Below are positions 20,413 through 29,370 of a stretch of DNA of 64,000 nucleotides, piece after piece; position 1 is the stretch's first letter, and each line of letters begins with the position of its first letter. Below the pieces are notes generated by a model. That model was not told the origin of the DNA. It ran no database searches and saw nothing but the letters and a program-made list of their open reading frames with translations. The position numbers and the translations under genes were made by a program. Source of the stretch: Patescibacteria group bacterium (GTDB lineage: Bacteria > Patescibacteriota > UBA1384 > XYA2-FULL-43-10); the NCBI GenBank assembly GCA_041674405.1, contig JBAYVT010000002.1:23158-87157 (forward strand), read 5' to 3'.

Positions 20413-21566
20413 ATTACGCTTGTCTTGATATTGCTCACAAATTTATTGTTGTCAAGTGCAATCAAGCCCGGCATCTTTTCACCAGCAAGGTATGAAAGAG
20501 TTGCACCACCGCCTGTTGAAATGAAATTAATATCGCCACGAAGATTGTTTGCATCGATAAACCCAACCGTATCTCCGCCCGCAACAATGGTAGTCCCTTT
20601 GTTTTTGGAAATTGCCTCTGCAATTCTCCTTGTTCCAGTCTCATATCGTTCGTCTTCCGAGTGTCCCAGATTTCCGTTCCAGAACGTCGTAGCAGCAGTC
20701 GCTATTTCAGCCTCAAATTTAGCAATTGTTTCCGGGCCGATATCCATGATTTTGAAACGGCCACCATCAGAATTTTCCCTAGCCTGATCTACCGGTAAAA
20801 CAATTTTATCTTGATATCTCGATAGAATATCCTCACAGGTTTCAAACATTTCCCTTTCATATAATGAATCACTTACGTCTTGGCCAGACGCCGCAAGAAA
20901 AGTATTGGCAATAGCCCCTCCAATTAAAATTTTGTCCGCTTGTCCTGCCAGATTATTTATCAAAGCGGCTTTATCCTTGACTTTTGCTCCGCCCAAAACA
21001 ATCTTATAAGGCTTTTGTGGATTTTGTATCAAAATATCAAGAGTTGTTTTCTCAGACTCAATCAGAAATCCGGCATAGCTTGGAAGATAATTGGTAATCG
21101 CATCTACTGAAGCATGGGCCCTATGGCTTACCCCGAAAGCATCATTAACATAAATATCTGCGTAGCTTGCAAGTTCTTCCCCAAATCTTTCATTGTTGGC
21201 TTCTTCTTCTCTGTGCCATCGCAGATTGCCCAACATAAAAATATCACCAAAAGTCATCTCTGATATTTTTTTGGCGACCAAGGGGTGAATTATGTGATCT
21301 GTCGCATACACTTTCCGTTTTAATAGCTTTGCAAGCTCAGAGGCGAGCGGGATGGTAGAAAGTTCTGGAATAATTTCTCCAGCCGGCTTTCCCAGATGAG
21401 TGGCAATGATAATCTTAGTCCTTCTTTCAAGTAAATACTGGAGAGTTGAAAGAGATTCAACAATTCTATTGTTATCTAAAATCTTACCGTCTTTAATCGG
21501 TACATTATAATCGACGCGAACAAAAATCCGCTTTCCACTAACGTTTGCATCCCTAACGCTAACCAT
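20409..21566 (-). CDS. pgk: phosphoglycerate kinase
   Basis: N-terminus KRIFVRVDYNVP. Typical PGK hinge and C-domain motifs. Confidence 0.9.
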   Translation of the reverse strand: MVSVRDANVSGKRIFVRVDYNVPIKDGKILDNNRIVESLSTLQYLLERRTKIIIATHLGKPAGEIIPELSTIPLASELAKLLKRKVYATDHIIHPLVAKKISEMTFGDIFMLGNLRWHREEEANNERFGEELASYADIYVNDAFGVSHRAHASVDAITNYLPSYAGFLIESEKTTLDILIQNPQKPYKIVLGGAKVKDKAALINNLAGQADKILIGGAIANTFLAASGQDVSDSLYEREMFETCEDILSRYQDKIVLPVDQARENSDGGRFKIMDIGPETIAKFEAEIATAATTFWNGNLGHSEDERYETGTRRIAEAISKNKGTTIVAGGDTVGFIDANNLRGDINFISTGGGATLSYLAGEKMPGLIALDNNKFVSNIKTSVI

Positions 21567-21594
21567 ATTCCCTCACTTTTACAATTAACCATAT

Positions 21595-21621
21595 TTTACC
21601 ATTGTAAATTTTTACCGTAAA
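21595..21621. promoter_or_regulatory. two adjacent TTTAC-N(1-4)-GTAAA inverted repeats upstream of the hydrogenase operon
   Basis: Seen in sequence. Confidence 0.25.
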
Positions 21622-21727
21622 TAGATCATGGCGGAGTTCTGTTCGTTTTGATAAAATTAATGTGCGTTCAAAATATTGCGATTTAAAATCAGATTTATAA
21701 TTTTTATCTCTGATTGACGGAGGGGTT

Positions 21728-22660
21728 TTGCCTTACAGGCTTAAAGATCATCATTTAAACCATATATTTAGCATAATAAATAAGTATTATGAAATTTATG
21801 GCGTTTCCAAAAAAAGCAAAAAATTTTCTAGAATTGAAATTGCATCAGATTTAATCTGGATAAACGGCAGATCACAAATGCCACCCAAAAAAGTCTTGTT
21901 TGAAGACCAACAGATAATTTCGGAAGATCTCAATAAAAAGATTGCTTTCGTTGGCATGCCCCTGTGTGATGTCTCGGCCATCCATCATTTAATTTACAAA
22001 TTAAGAGATTCTGGATTAGTACCGGATCGAGATGATCTGTTGCTGATTGCATCTGAATGTAAGCCAGACGATGCTTGTTTTTGTGAATTTTTCGGTACTG
22101 ATAAGCGATCAGGTTTTGATATTTATATTCAAAAAAATAGCAGTGGGTACGATGCATTCTCAGGGACAGCTGCTGGAGAAAAAATTTTAAAAAAATTAGC
22201 GCTAATGCCTGATCACAAATTAAACCTGCGCCCAGTTACCCATAAGTCCCTAAACAAATTGTCCAAGGAAGAAATAACAAAACTGATTGAAAAACGCGGC
22301 CAATTTGATGACTTATGGAACAAGATTGCAAATAACTGCTTTGGTTGTGGCGCCTGCACAGCTGTTTGCCCGCTTTGTTATTGTTTTAGACAAGAAGAGA
22401 AAAATAATTTAGATGGCAGCTGCAAATCTTGCATAAATTGGGATTCTTGCTTTGCAAAAGAATTTTCCGAAGTACAAAATAGAGCTGATTTACGGCCTCA
22501 AAATGTTGACCGGCTATATAATTGGTATCATCACAAATTTGTCCGCTCCCCTTATCTTTGCGTCGGATGTGGACGATGTATCAAGGCTTGCCCTGCAAAT
22601 TTAAATATTAAAAATATTCTTTTATCAATTGAAAAGTTAGGCGAAAAAAGTGATGAATAG
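21728..22660 (+). CDS. hydB: [NiFe] hydrogenase (group 3b-like) beta subunit, Fe-S protein
   Basis: CFGCGACTAVCPLCYC and CVGCGRCIKACP clusters. TTG start with GGAGGGG SD. Confidence 0.7.
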   Translation: MPYRLKDHHLNHIFSIINKYYEIYGVSKKSKKFSRIEIASDLIWINGRSQMPPKKVLFEDQQIISEDLNKKIAFVGMPLCDVSAIHHLIYKLRDSGLVPDRDDLLLIASECKPDDACFCEFFGTDKRSGFDIYIQKNSSGYDAFSGTAAGEKILKKLALMPDHKLNLRPVTHKSLNKLSKEEITKLIEKRGQFDDLWNKIANNCFGCGACTAVCPLCYCFRQEEKNNLDGSCKSCINWDSCFAKEFSEVQNRADLRPQNVDRLYNWYHHKFVRSPYLCVGCGRCIKACPANLNIKNILLSIEKLGEKSDE

Positions 22661-23450
22661 CCCTTTTTCATATCGTGAATATAAAATTACTAACAAAACT
22701 GAAGTTGCTCCAGATACATTTCTGTTTCGACTTAGAGGAAAATTGAAATTTGATCCAGGGCAATTTGTCCAGGTAAAATTTCCCCATATCGGAGAAGTGA
22801 CTCTGGTTCCCTGCTCTAAAAAAGATGAAAAAACATATTTTGAACTTTGCGTTCGCAGAGCCGGAAATACGACCGAAAAAATATCTGAAAAGGTACCGGG
22901 TGATTCGATGTTTGTTCGAGGGCCATATGGGCACGGATGGCCAATCGGCAAAACATTGGAAAAAGATATTTTGCTGATTTCCGGCGGCATCGGAATCATC
23001 CCGCTTATGCCGCTTATGGATGAACTGGTGAAATATCGAGGTAATTTTGGGAAAATCTACTTTCTCGCCGGATTTAAAACTCCGCACCACGTCATGTTTG
23101 AACAGGATCTTTTGCGTTACAAAAAGAAAATAAGCTATTTCAAGGTTGCGGTCGAAAAAACCGACAGAGATTGGTGGGGTGAAAATTGTATGATCACCGA
23201 CTTGATTAAAAACACAAATCTGAGTCCAAATATCAATGTATTTCTATGTGGTCCGGAAATTATGTTTCGCCCCTGCGTCGATGTTCTATTACAAAAAAAA
23301 ATTAATCCGAAAAATATTTACGTTTCTTTCGAGCGAAGAATGGAATGCGGGATCGGTTTTTGCCAACATTGTACTATAGGCAAGTATAAAGTTTGTGAGG
23401 ATGGCCCCATATTTACCTGGAGCAAAATAGCACCGGAGTTAGAAAAATGA
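22650..23450 (+). CDS. hydG: hydrogenase gamma subunit (FAD/NAD-binding, C-terminal [2Fe-2S])
   Basis: Ferredoxin-reductase-like fold motifs. C-terminal CGIGFCQHCTIGKYKVC. Confidence 0.7.
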   Translation: MMNSPFSYREYKITNKTEVAPDTFLFRLRGKLKFDPGQFVQVKFPHIGEVTLVPCSKKDEKTYFELCVRRAGNTTEKISEKVPGDSMFVRGPYGHGWPIGKTLEKDILLISGGIGIIPLMPLMDELVKYRGNFGKIYFLAGFKTPHHVMFEQDLLRYKKKISYFKVAVEKTDRDWWGENCMITDLIKNTNLSPNINVFLCGPEIMFRPCVDVLLQKKINPKNIYVSFERRMECGIGFCQHCTIGKYKVCEDGPIFTWSKIAPELEK

Positions 23451-24178
23451 ATGCAATATTCCCCAAAAAAACACTAGGAATTTTTTCTCTCACTTGTTGC
23501 GAAGGTTGCCAATTTTCGCTGTTAAAGGACTTTGTTGGTTTTGAAAAAATCACAAGATTTTATGAAATAAAAAGTTTTCGCCTCGGGCAAGAAGAAAATG
23601 ACGAATGCTTTTTTGATGTTTCGCTTGTTGAGGGAACACCCGAGTCAACTCGGGAACTTGAGCATTTGAAAAAGATAAGAAAAGTATCGAAAGCAGTTGT
23701 TTCAATTGGCGCTTGTGCACATTTAGGCGGTATTCAATCAGAGCGAAATCGCTTACCTAAAAAATACATCGGAAAAGAAAAAGTTAAAAAAATTAGTGAC
23801 ATAATAAAAGTAGATTTGGTTATTCCTGGCTGCCCGATTTCCCACAAGGAGGCAGTGGCCGCCCTTCTTGACACATATTGGGGCAAAAAATTTCGGCCGA
23901 AGGATTATGCCGTATGTTTCGAATGTAGAAAAAATGAAAATGAATGCTTGATAAAAAATGGCAGACCCTGCCTGGGCCCGATCACCCGGGGAGGATGTGA
24001 TAGTGTTTGTATAAATGGTGGAGAATTGTGTCTTGGGTGCCGCGGTGCGTTAGATCAAACGAATTTTAATAAAATTAAAGAAATACTAAACCCGATGATC
24101 GGAGAAGACAAAACGAATAATCTCCTTACCATATATGGAGACCTGGAACAAGAATGGAAAGATCAGGACAGACAATGA
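23447..24178 (+). CDS. hydD: [NiFe] hydrogenase small (delta) subunit
   Basis: LTCCEGCQFS, VSIGACAHLGGIQ and IPGCPISH cysteine motifs. Confidence 0.8.
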   Translation: MNAIFPKKTLGIFSLTCCEGCQFSLLKDFVGFEKITRFYEIKSFRLGQEENDECFFDVSLVEGTPESTRELEHLKKIRKVSKAVVSIGACAHLGGIQSERNRLPKKYIGKEKVKKISDIIKVDLVIPGCPISHKEAVAALLDTYWGKKFRPKDYAVCFECRKNENECLIKNGRPCLGPITRGGCDSVCINGGELCLGCRGALDQTNFNKIKEILNPMIGEDKTNNLLTIYGDLEQEWKDQDRQ

Positions 24179-25092
24179 AATTTGAAGAATTAAAGAAAAT
24201 ACTAGCAAGTAAAATAGAATTTAAAGATTTTGACGACCCTGATGTCGTAAAAATTAATGCCGGTATAGTAAGTAATCATAAATATAAAATTAAAAGCCAC
24301 AATTCGAGTTTTTTTGTAAAAGAGATCAAAGACAACGAGGCAAATATTCTCAAAATATTAGATATGATTGATCTAGATTTCTATCCCAAAATCTTATATC
24401 TTGATCTACTCGATAAAAATATCCTCGTCTCCGAATTTATTGAGGGTGACGCACTGCAATCTTGGGAGATTCAGGACAATCTTCTGCTAGGTTTTACCCA
24501 AATGCAAAATTTGATGAATAATATTAGTTTCCTCAAAGAAAAAGAAATATTTGGTATTTCGAATTTTAGCGAAACTGATGGTGGTTTTTTCCGAAATCAA
24601 ATAACAGAAAATTTTTTATATGGATTGGAAACACTTGATGACTTGTCAAAAACTAATTTGCCAATCGTAAAAAAACACTTCGAGTTGGTATCTTTTTTGA
24701 AGAAAGATAAGCAAAAAATATTTGATGATTTTTCAAACATGCCGTTTGCGAGGCAACATCACGATTTCAAGCAGGACAACATCATTGGAAATCCACAAAA
24801 ATTGGTTGATTGGGGATCTTCTTATGGATATGGGCCATTTTTGTTTGATCTTGCTCCTTTTTTGTTAAACAATAAAAACCAATTAGAACTATACAAATCA
24901 AAATCAGATGTCTGCAAGGGCTTTACAGACCGCCAGATAAATCGCTGGCTTTATGTCGCCGCTGTAGCAAGATATATGGAAGATTTGAGATATAGAATTA
25001 GCGATAATGGATGGAATTCGTCTAAAGAAAAATGCGAACGCTTTCTTGAGAGCGAGTATGATAATTATCAGTCATTGCTTGATAAAATATAG
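24175..25092 (+). CDS. protein-kinase-like fold (APH/ChoK/CotS-type) phosphotransferase embedded in the hydrogenase operon
   Basis: HHDFKQDNII (HxDxxxxN) and LVDWGSS (DxG) motifs. ATGA overlap with the hydD stop. Confidence 0.5.
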   Translation: MKFEELKKILASKIEFKDFDDPDVVKINAGIVSNHKYKIKSHNSSFFVKEIKDNEANILKILDMIDLDFYPKILYLDLLDKNILVSEFIEGDALQSWEIQDNLLLGFTQMQNLMNNISFLKEKEIFGISNFSETDGGFFRNQITENFLYGLETLDDLSKTNLPIVKKHFELVSFLKKDKQKIFDDFSNMPFARQHHDFKQDNIIGNPQKLVDWGSSYGYGPFLFDLAPFLLNNKNQLELYKSKSDVCKGFTDRQINRWLYVAAVARYMEDLRYRISDNGWNSSKEKCERFLESEYDNYQSLLDKI

Positions 25093-25114
25093 CTAAAATT
25101 TCAGGAGATAGATC

Positions 25115-26362
25115 ATGAGTTCATCAGTTCCCAAAATTGAAGGACACGCTACTTTTTACGCCCATCTTCGTGCCGGAAAAGTTGACAAGGCCAGAATTAT
25201 TGGCCTTGATGGAGATCGGTTTGTTGAAAAAATATTATTCGGGCGCAGCTATATGGAAGTACCAGTAATTACCTCTCGCATCTGTGGTATATGCCCCGTA
25301 ATTCACAATGTTACCTCAACCAAAGCTGTGGAAAATGCTCTCGATATCAAGGTTTCCGAACAAGTAGAAACACTGCGGAAACTAATGCTCTGTGGCCAGA
25401 TGGTTCAGAGCCACTCGCTTCATCTATACCTTCTGGTTCTTCCCGATTTCATGGGAATGTCTTCCTCTTTCGAGCTTCAAAAAAAGCACCCGGATATTTT
25501 TGCCGATGCAGTTGCCCTAAAATCATATGCCGATAGTATTATTGAGATAATCGGAGGCAGGGCAGTTCATCCGGTTTCGAACGTACCTGGCGGTTTCAAA
25601 AAATTTCCGGAAATTTCTGAATTACGGAAATTACTGGAAGAAAGTAAAAAGATGACCGATCTTGGGATTAAAACATTAAAGCTTTTTCAGTCATTTAATT
25701 ATCCTGAAATTTCCCGCAAGATAATTTACTCGGCGTTGTCTGACCTGAATGAATATGCTTTCTATGGCGGAGAAATCAAGACCACGAGCGGTGAGAATTT
25801 TAAAGCAAAAGATTATAAAAAATATATTTACGAAGAAATTCTGCCATATAATCGTGCGAAATTTGGAACGCTCAAGGGCAAAGAAATGATGGTTGGCGCA
25901 ATTGCCCGGATTAATCTCAACAAGAAACAATTGGAAAAAGAAATTGGAAGTTTGAAGGAACTTGGTGTAGGTGAAGAGCTGTCCGATAATCCATTCGGTA
26001 ACATAATTGCCCAAGCAATTGAAAACTATTATTTTATCGTAAAATCAGAAGCGATAATTGAAAAATTAATTAAAGAGGGTATTTCCGAAGAGTCAATAGT
26101 TGAACCAAAAAAAATTGATGAAGGAGTTGCTGCTTGCGAAGCACCGCGTGGAACGCTGTTTCACTACTACAAATTTGACAAAGAAGGTATGCTTGAAAAG
26201 TGTGATATTGTTACGCCAACCGTACAAAATCTGCCAGCATTGGAATATGACATGAAAAAACTCGGCCCCTTTCTCAAGGACTTGGACGAAACAGAGAGAA
26301 CAGAAATGATTGAGATGCTTATTCGTTCATATGACCCATGCATCACTTGCGCCACACATTAA
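25115..26362 (+). CDS. hydA: [NiFe] hydrogenase large (alpha) subunit
   Basis: N-terminal RICGICPVIH. C-terminal DPCITCATH, ending exactly at the His. Confidence 0.9.
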   Translation: MSSSVPKIEGHATFYAHLRAGKVDKARIIGLDGDRFVEKILFGRSYMEVPVITSRICGICPVIHNVTSTKAVENALDIKVSEQVETLRKLMLCGQMVQSHSLHLYLLVLPDFMGMSSSFELQKKHPDIFADAVALKSYADSIIEIIGGRAVHPVSNVPGGFKKFPEISELRKLLEESKKMTDLGIKTLKLFQSFNYPEISRKIIYSALSDLNEYAFYGGEIKTTSGENFKAKDYKKYIYEEILPYNRAKFGTLKGKEMMVGAIARINLNKKQLEKEIGSLKELGVGEELSDNPFGNIIAQAIENYYFIVKSEAIIEKLIKEGISEESIVEPKKIDEGVAACEAPRGTLFHYYKFDKEGMLEKCDIVTPTVQNLPALEYDMKKLGPFLKDLDETERTEMIEMLIRSYDPCITCATH

Positions 26363-26468
26363 TACAGAAATGAATAGCCCCAAAGGGGACCGTTCGGGTC
26401 GAATCTGAACCAATAGCAAATATACGAATTATTAGTAAATTAACCATCAGTATATTAGCAATCGATTT

Positions 26469-27350
26469 ATGAATGCAATCATTGAAATCAAAAAACTGAC
26501 AAAATATTATGGCAAAACCCTCGGGATTAAAAGCCTTGATTTGGATGTAATTGAAGGAGAAATATTTGGTTTTATCGGGCCAAATGGCGCTGGCAAATCT
26601 ACAACGATCAGGCTTTTGCTAGATTTAATTCGGCCAACAGCGGGAAGTGCAAAAATTTTTGGCAAAGATATCCACCGCCATAGTGTGGAGCTTAAACAAG
26701 ATATCGGCTATTTGCCAGGAGAAATATTTTTGCCGGAAAATCTCACCGGTAAAAGCTGTATTAATTATTTTAAATCCTTCAAGGAAACAATTGATGACAG
26801 ATATCTTAAAGATTTAAAATCTCGTTTTGAATTTGATGATAAGAAAAAGATTTCCCAGTATTCCAAAGGCAATAAGCAAAAATTAGCAATAATTTTAGCC
26901 CTGATGCACAAGCCGAAACTCCTAATTCTAGACGAACCGACAAGCGGGCTCGACCCCTTAAACCAGCAAGAATTTTACAAGGTTATCACCGAAACAAAGG
27001 AGTGGAGAACAACAACTTTTTTCTCAACTCATATTTTGGATGAGGCTGAATTTCTTTGCGATCGAGTCGGAATCATTAAGGATGGCCGTCTGCTCCAGAT
27101 TGAAGACATCGACAAATTTAAAGAAAAAAATATTCGTGAAATAAATCTGGAAACCACCGCAGATATTCCTCTTTCGGCCTTGAAAATTGATGGCGTCGAA
27201 AAGACGGAAAAAACTGATCATGGCTATCGCCTAATCACCAAGGGCCATAACGGCGAATTGATAAAAATCATTTCGAAATTTGCAATCGATGACATTAAAA
27301 TATCCGAACCATCGCTTGAAGAAATATTTATGCATTTTTACGAAAAATAA
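26469..27350 (+). CDS. ABC transporter ATP-binding protein
   Basis: Walker A GPNGAGKST. Signature YSKGNKQKL. Walker B LLILDEPTSGLD. Confidence 0.85.
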   Translation: MNAIIEIKKLTKYYGKTLGIKSLDLDVIEGEIFGFIGPNGAGKSTTIRLLLDLIRPTAGSAKIFGKDIHRHSVELKQDIGYLPGEIFLPENLTGKSCINYFKSFKETIDDRYLKDLKSRFEFDDKKKISQYSKGNKQKLAIILALMHKPKLLILDEPTSGLDPLNQQEFYKVITETKEWRTTTFFSTHILDEAEFLCDRVGIIKDGRLLQIEDIDKFKEKNIREINLETTADIPLSALKIDGVEKTEKTDHGYRLITKGHNGELIKIISKFAIDDIKISEPSLEEIFMHFYEK

Positions 27351-27447
27351 CTAATAGCTAGAAACTAAAATGTAAAATCTAAGGATGGGTCGTTAAATAA
27401 TTGTTTTGATAAAATATGGTTTTAAGTTTTAACATTTAAGTTATTAC

Positions 27448-28251
27448 ATGGATAATATGATCGCAATAATGTACAGAAAATTTATTGACCAAGCGATTTC
27501 ACTTCTATATTATTTTGGCGGCCTACTCGCCTACTCCTGGATGATGATCGCCATGTTTCCAACAATGAAGACGGCAGATCTGGCCGGTATTTACAACCAA
27601 TTTCCCAAAGAATTTCTAAAGTTTTTTGGCGCCAACGGGATTGAAAGCATGGGAACGGTAGAAGGTTTTTTATCTATAGAATTTCTTTCGCTGTTTTTTA
27701 TACTAATTATCGCTTTTTATATCGGCTCGTCCGCCGGATCAACCATAGCTGGCGCAATCGAAAAAAGGACAATGGATTTTCAGCTATCACAGCCAATTTC
27801 TCGGGCTAAGCTTTTACTCAGTGAGACAATCGTCGGGCTCCTCAACACTGCACTTTTGGTATTTGCCACTTCAGGCAGTATCTATATTCTTGCAAAGGCA
27901 TACGATGTTTCAATGAGCACTCGGGGAATCTTCGTTTTTGCTTTTGTGGCGATAATATTCTTATGGGCATTTTACGGGTTAGCAGTTTTGATTTCTTCCA
28001 TCTTGCGCAGCAAAATCACCGTTGCCTCGATAACGGTATCTATTATCATGGGCTTGTATATATTGAATGCTCTTTCGAAAATCGTGGATAAACTGGCAAA
28101 GATCGAAAAATACACATTGTTTAATATGTATAATCCACAAAAACTTTTGACCGATCACATCATAAACTGGCACCAGATCGAATTCTTGCTTTTAGTTCTT
28201 GTGGTTGGAATAATTAGTTCAATATTGATATTTAATAATAAAGATATCTAG
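27448..28251 (+). CDS. ABC-2 type transporter permease
   Basis: 6 TM segments. Follows the ATPase gene. Confidence 0.55.
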   Translation: MDNMIAIMYRKFIDQAISLLYYFGGLLAYSWMMIAMFPTMKTADLAGIYNQFPKEFLKFFGANGIESMGTVEGFLSIEFLSLFFILIIAFYIGSSAGSTIAGAIEKRTMDFQLSQPISRAKLLLSETIVGLLNTALLVFATSGSIYILAKAYDVSMSTRGIFVFAFVAIIFLWAFYGLAVLISSILRSKITVASITVSIIMGLYILNALSKIVDKLAKIEKYTLFNMYNPQKLLTDHIINWHQIEFLLLVLVVGIISSILIFNNKDI

Positions 28252-28305
28252 CTATTTGGTTAACGAGATCGGCGATTCGTATAAAATTTATCCGTTCGCC
28301 ATATT

Positions 28306-29094
28306 TTATGGTTTCCTAGAAACGAAAACTAATCCGATCGGGTAGGTTTTTGGAAACTTAGGTTGTTTTTCAAGAAGTTCGGCGGTTACTTCCGGCTCTA
28401 ACATTTTTTCAACCACAAACCCCGCTTTAATCAAAGAATTAAAATAATCAGAAATCGGCCGTTGATAATGTTCAATCTCGTAAACCTTTTGGTATTTTTG
28501 AGCAACATCAACATCCCGAATCTTACTGTTGTCCATTGTAAATTTCGAGTATCCCCTACTAAAATACCCTTTCGATCCCCGAATGGTCCTCTCTTTCCCG
28601 TCGGCTTGTCCCCGCAAATAGGTAACGAGATCCCATACAGGGTGAGTGATTGCAAACAAAAACCGTCCTCCGTTTTTCAAGGTTTTAAAAGCCTGGGACG
28701 TAACAAAGTCAATCTCTTCGAGTTCGTTCAGCAAGAAACCTGAAAAAATTACATCTACGGAATTCGGTTTTATTTTCCAGGGTTTGGTAACATCTTGTTC
28801 AATAAATTCGGCTATATTGGTCTGAACTCTTTTTCTCGCAAAATCCAAATTATGGGGAGATATGTCGATTAGAATTAGTCGATCTGGGTTCTGACCCTCA
28901 ATTTGCGAACTGAAATAACCGTTGCCGCACCCCAAATCAACCACCGTCTTCCCGTTTAACGTTCCAATCTCAGATAATAATTGCGGGTTGAGCACATATT
29001 GTTTGTAGACCCCGCCATTATCTCCGGTCGCTTCGTTCCAAAAACTCGCAAATTCAGGATCTAAATATGCAGAAATCGCATTATTCTGTGTCAT
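28306..29094 (-). CDS. class I SAM-dependent methyltransferase
   Basis: VVDLGCGNGYFS motif I. Confidence 0.7.
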   Translation of the reverse strand: MTQNNAISAYLDPEFASFWNEATGDNGGVYKQYVLNPQLLSEIGTLNGKTVVDLGCGNGYFSSQIEGQNPDRLILIDISPHNLDFARKRVQTNIAEFIEQDVTKPWKIKPNSVDVIFSGFLLNELEEIDFVTSQAFKTLKNGGRFLFAITHPVWDLVTYLRGQADGKERTIRGSKGYFSRGYSKFTMDNSKIRDVDVAQKYQKVYEIEHYQRPISDYFNSLIKAGFVVEKMLEPEVTAELLEKQPKFPKTYPIGLVFVSRKP

Positions 29095-29314
29095 GGTGGT
29101 CCATTTCTTTATGGGTTTTTATAAATTTTAAGTTCTCTTTTGCTTCGGTTTCGGAGATTTTTGAAAGTGCCCTGCCGTCGTGCATCAAAATCCAATCCCC
29201 GACTTTAGGATTTTGAACTAGAGAAATATCGGCCTTGTATTCTTCACCCTCATAATCAAAAAGGGCAATTGCCCCTTTGATTTCTTTGATTTTTCCAGGT
29301 ATTGCTAAACACAT
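29081..29314 (-). CDS. hypC: hydrogenase maturation factor HypC/HupF
   Basis: MCLAIPGKI N-terminus (the Met-Cys start is essential in HypC). About 77 aa. The track ORF starts 7 codons earlier. Confidence 0.75.
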   Translation of the reverse strand: MCLAIPGKIKEIKGAIALFDYEGEEYKADISLVQNPKVGDWILMHDGRALSKISETEAKENLKFIKTHKEMDHHDTE

Positions 29315-29370
29315 GGTCACTACACTCCAAATCAAAAATCAAAATTTAAAAATCAAAAAATTGGAATTAT

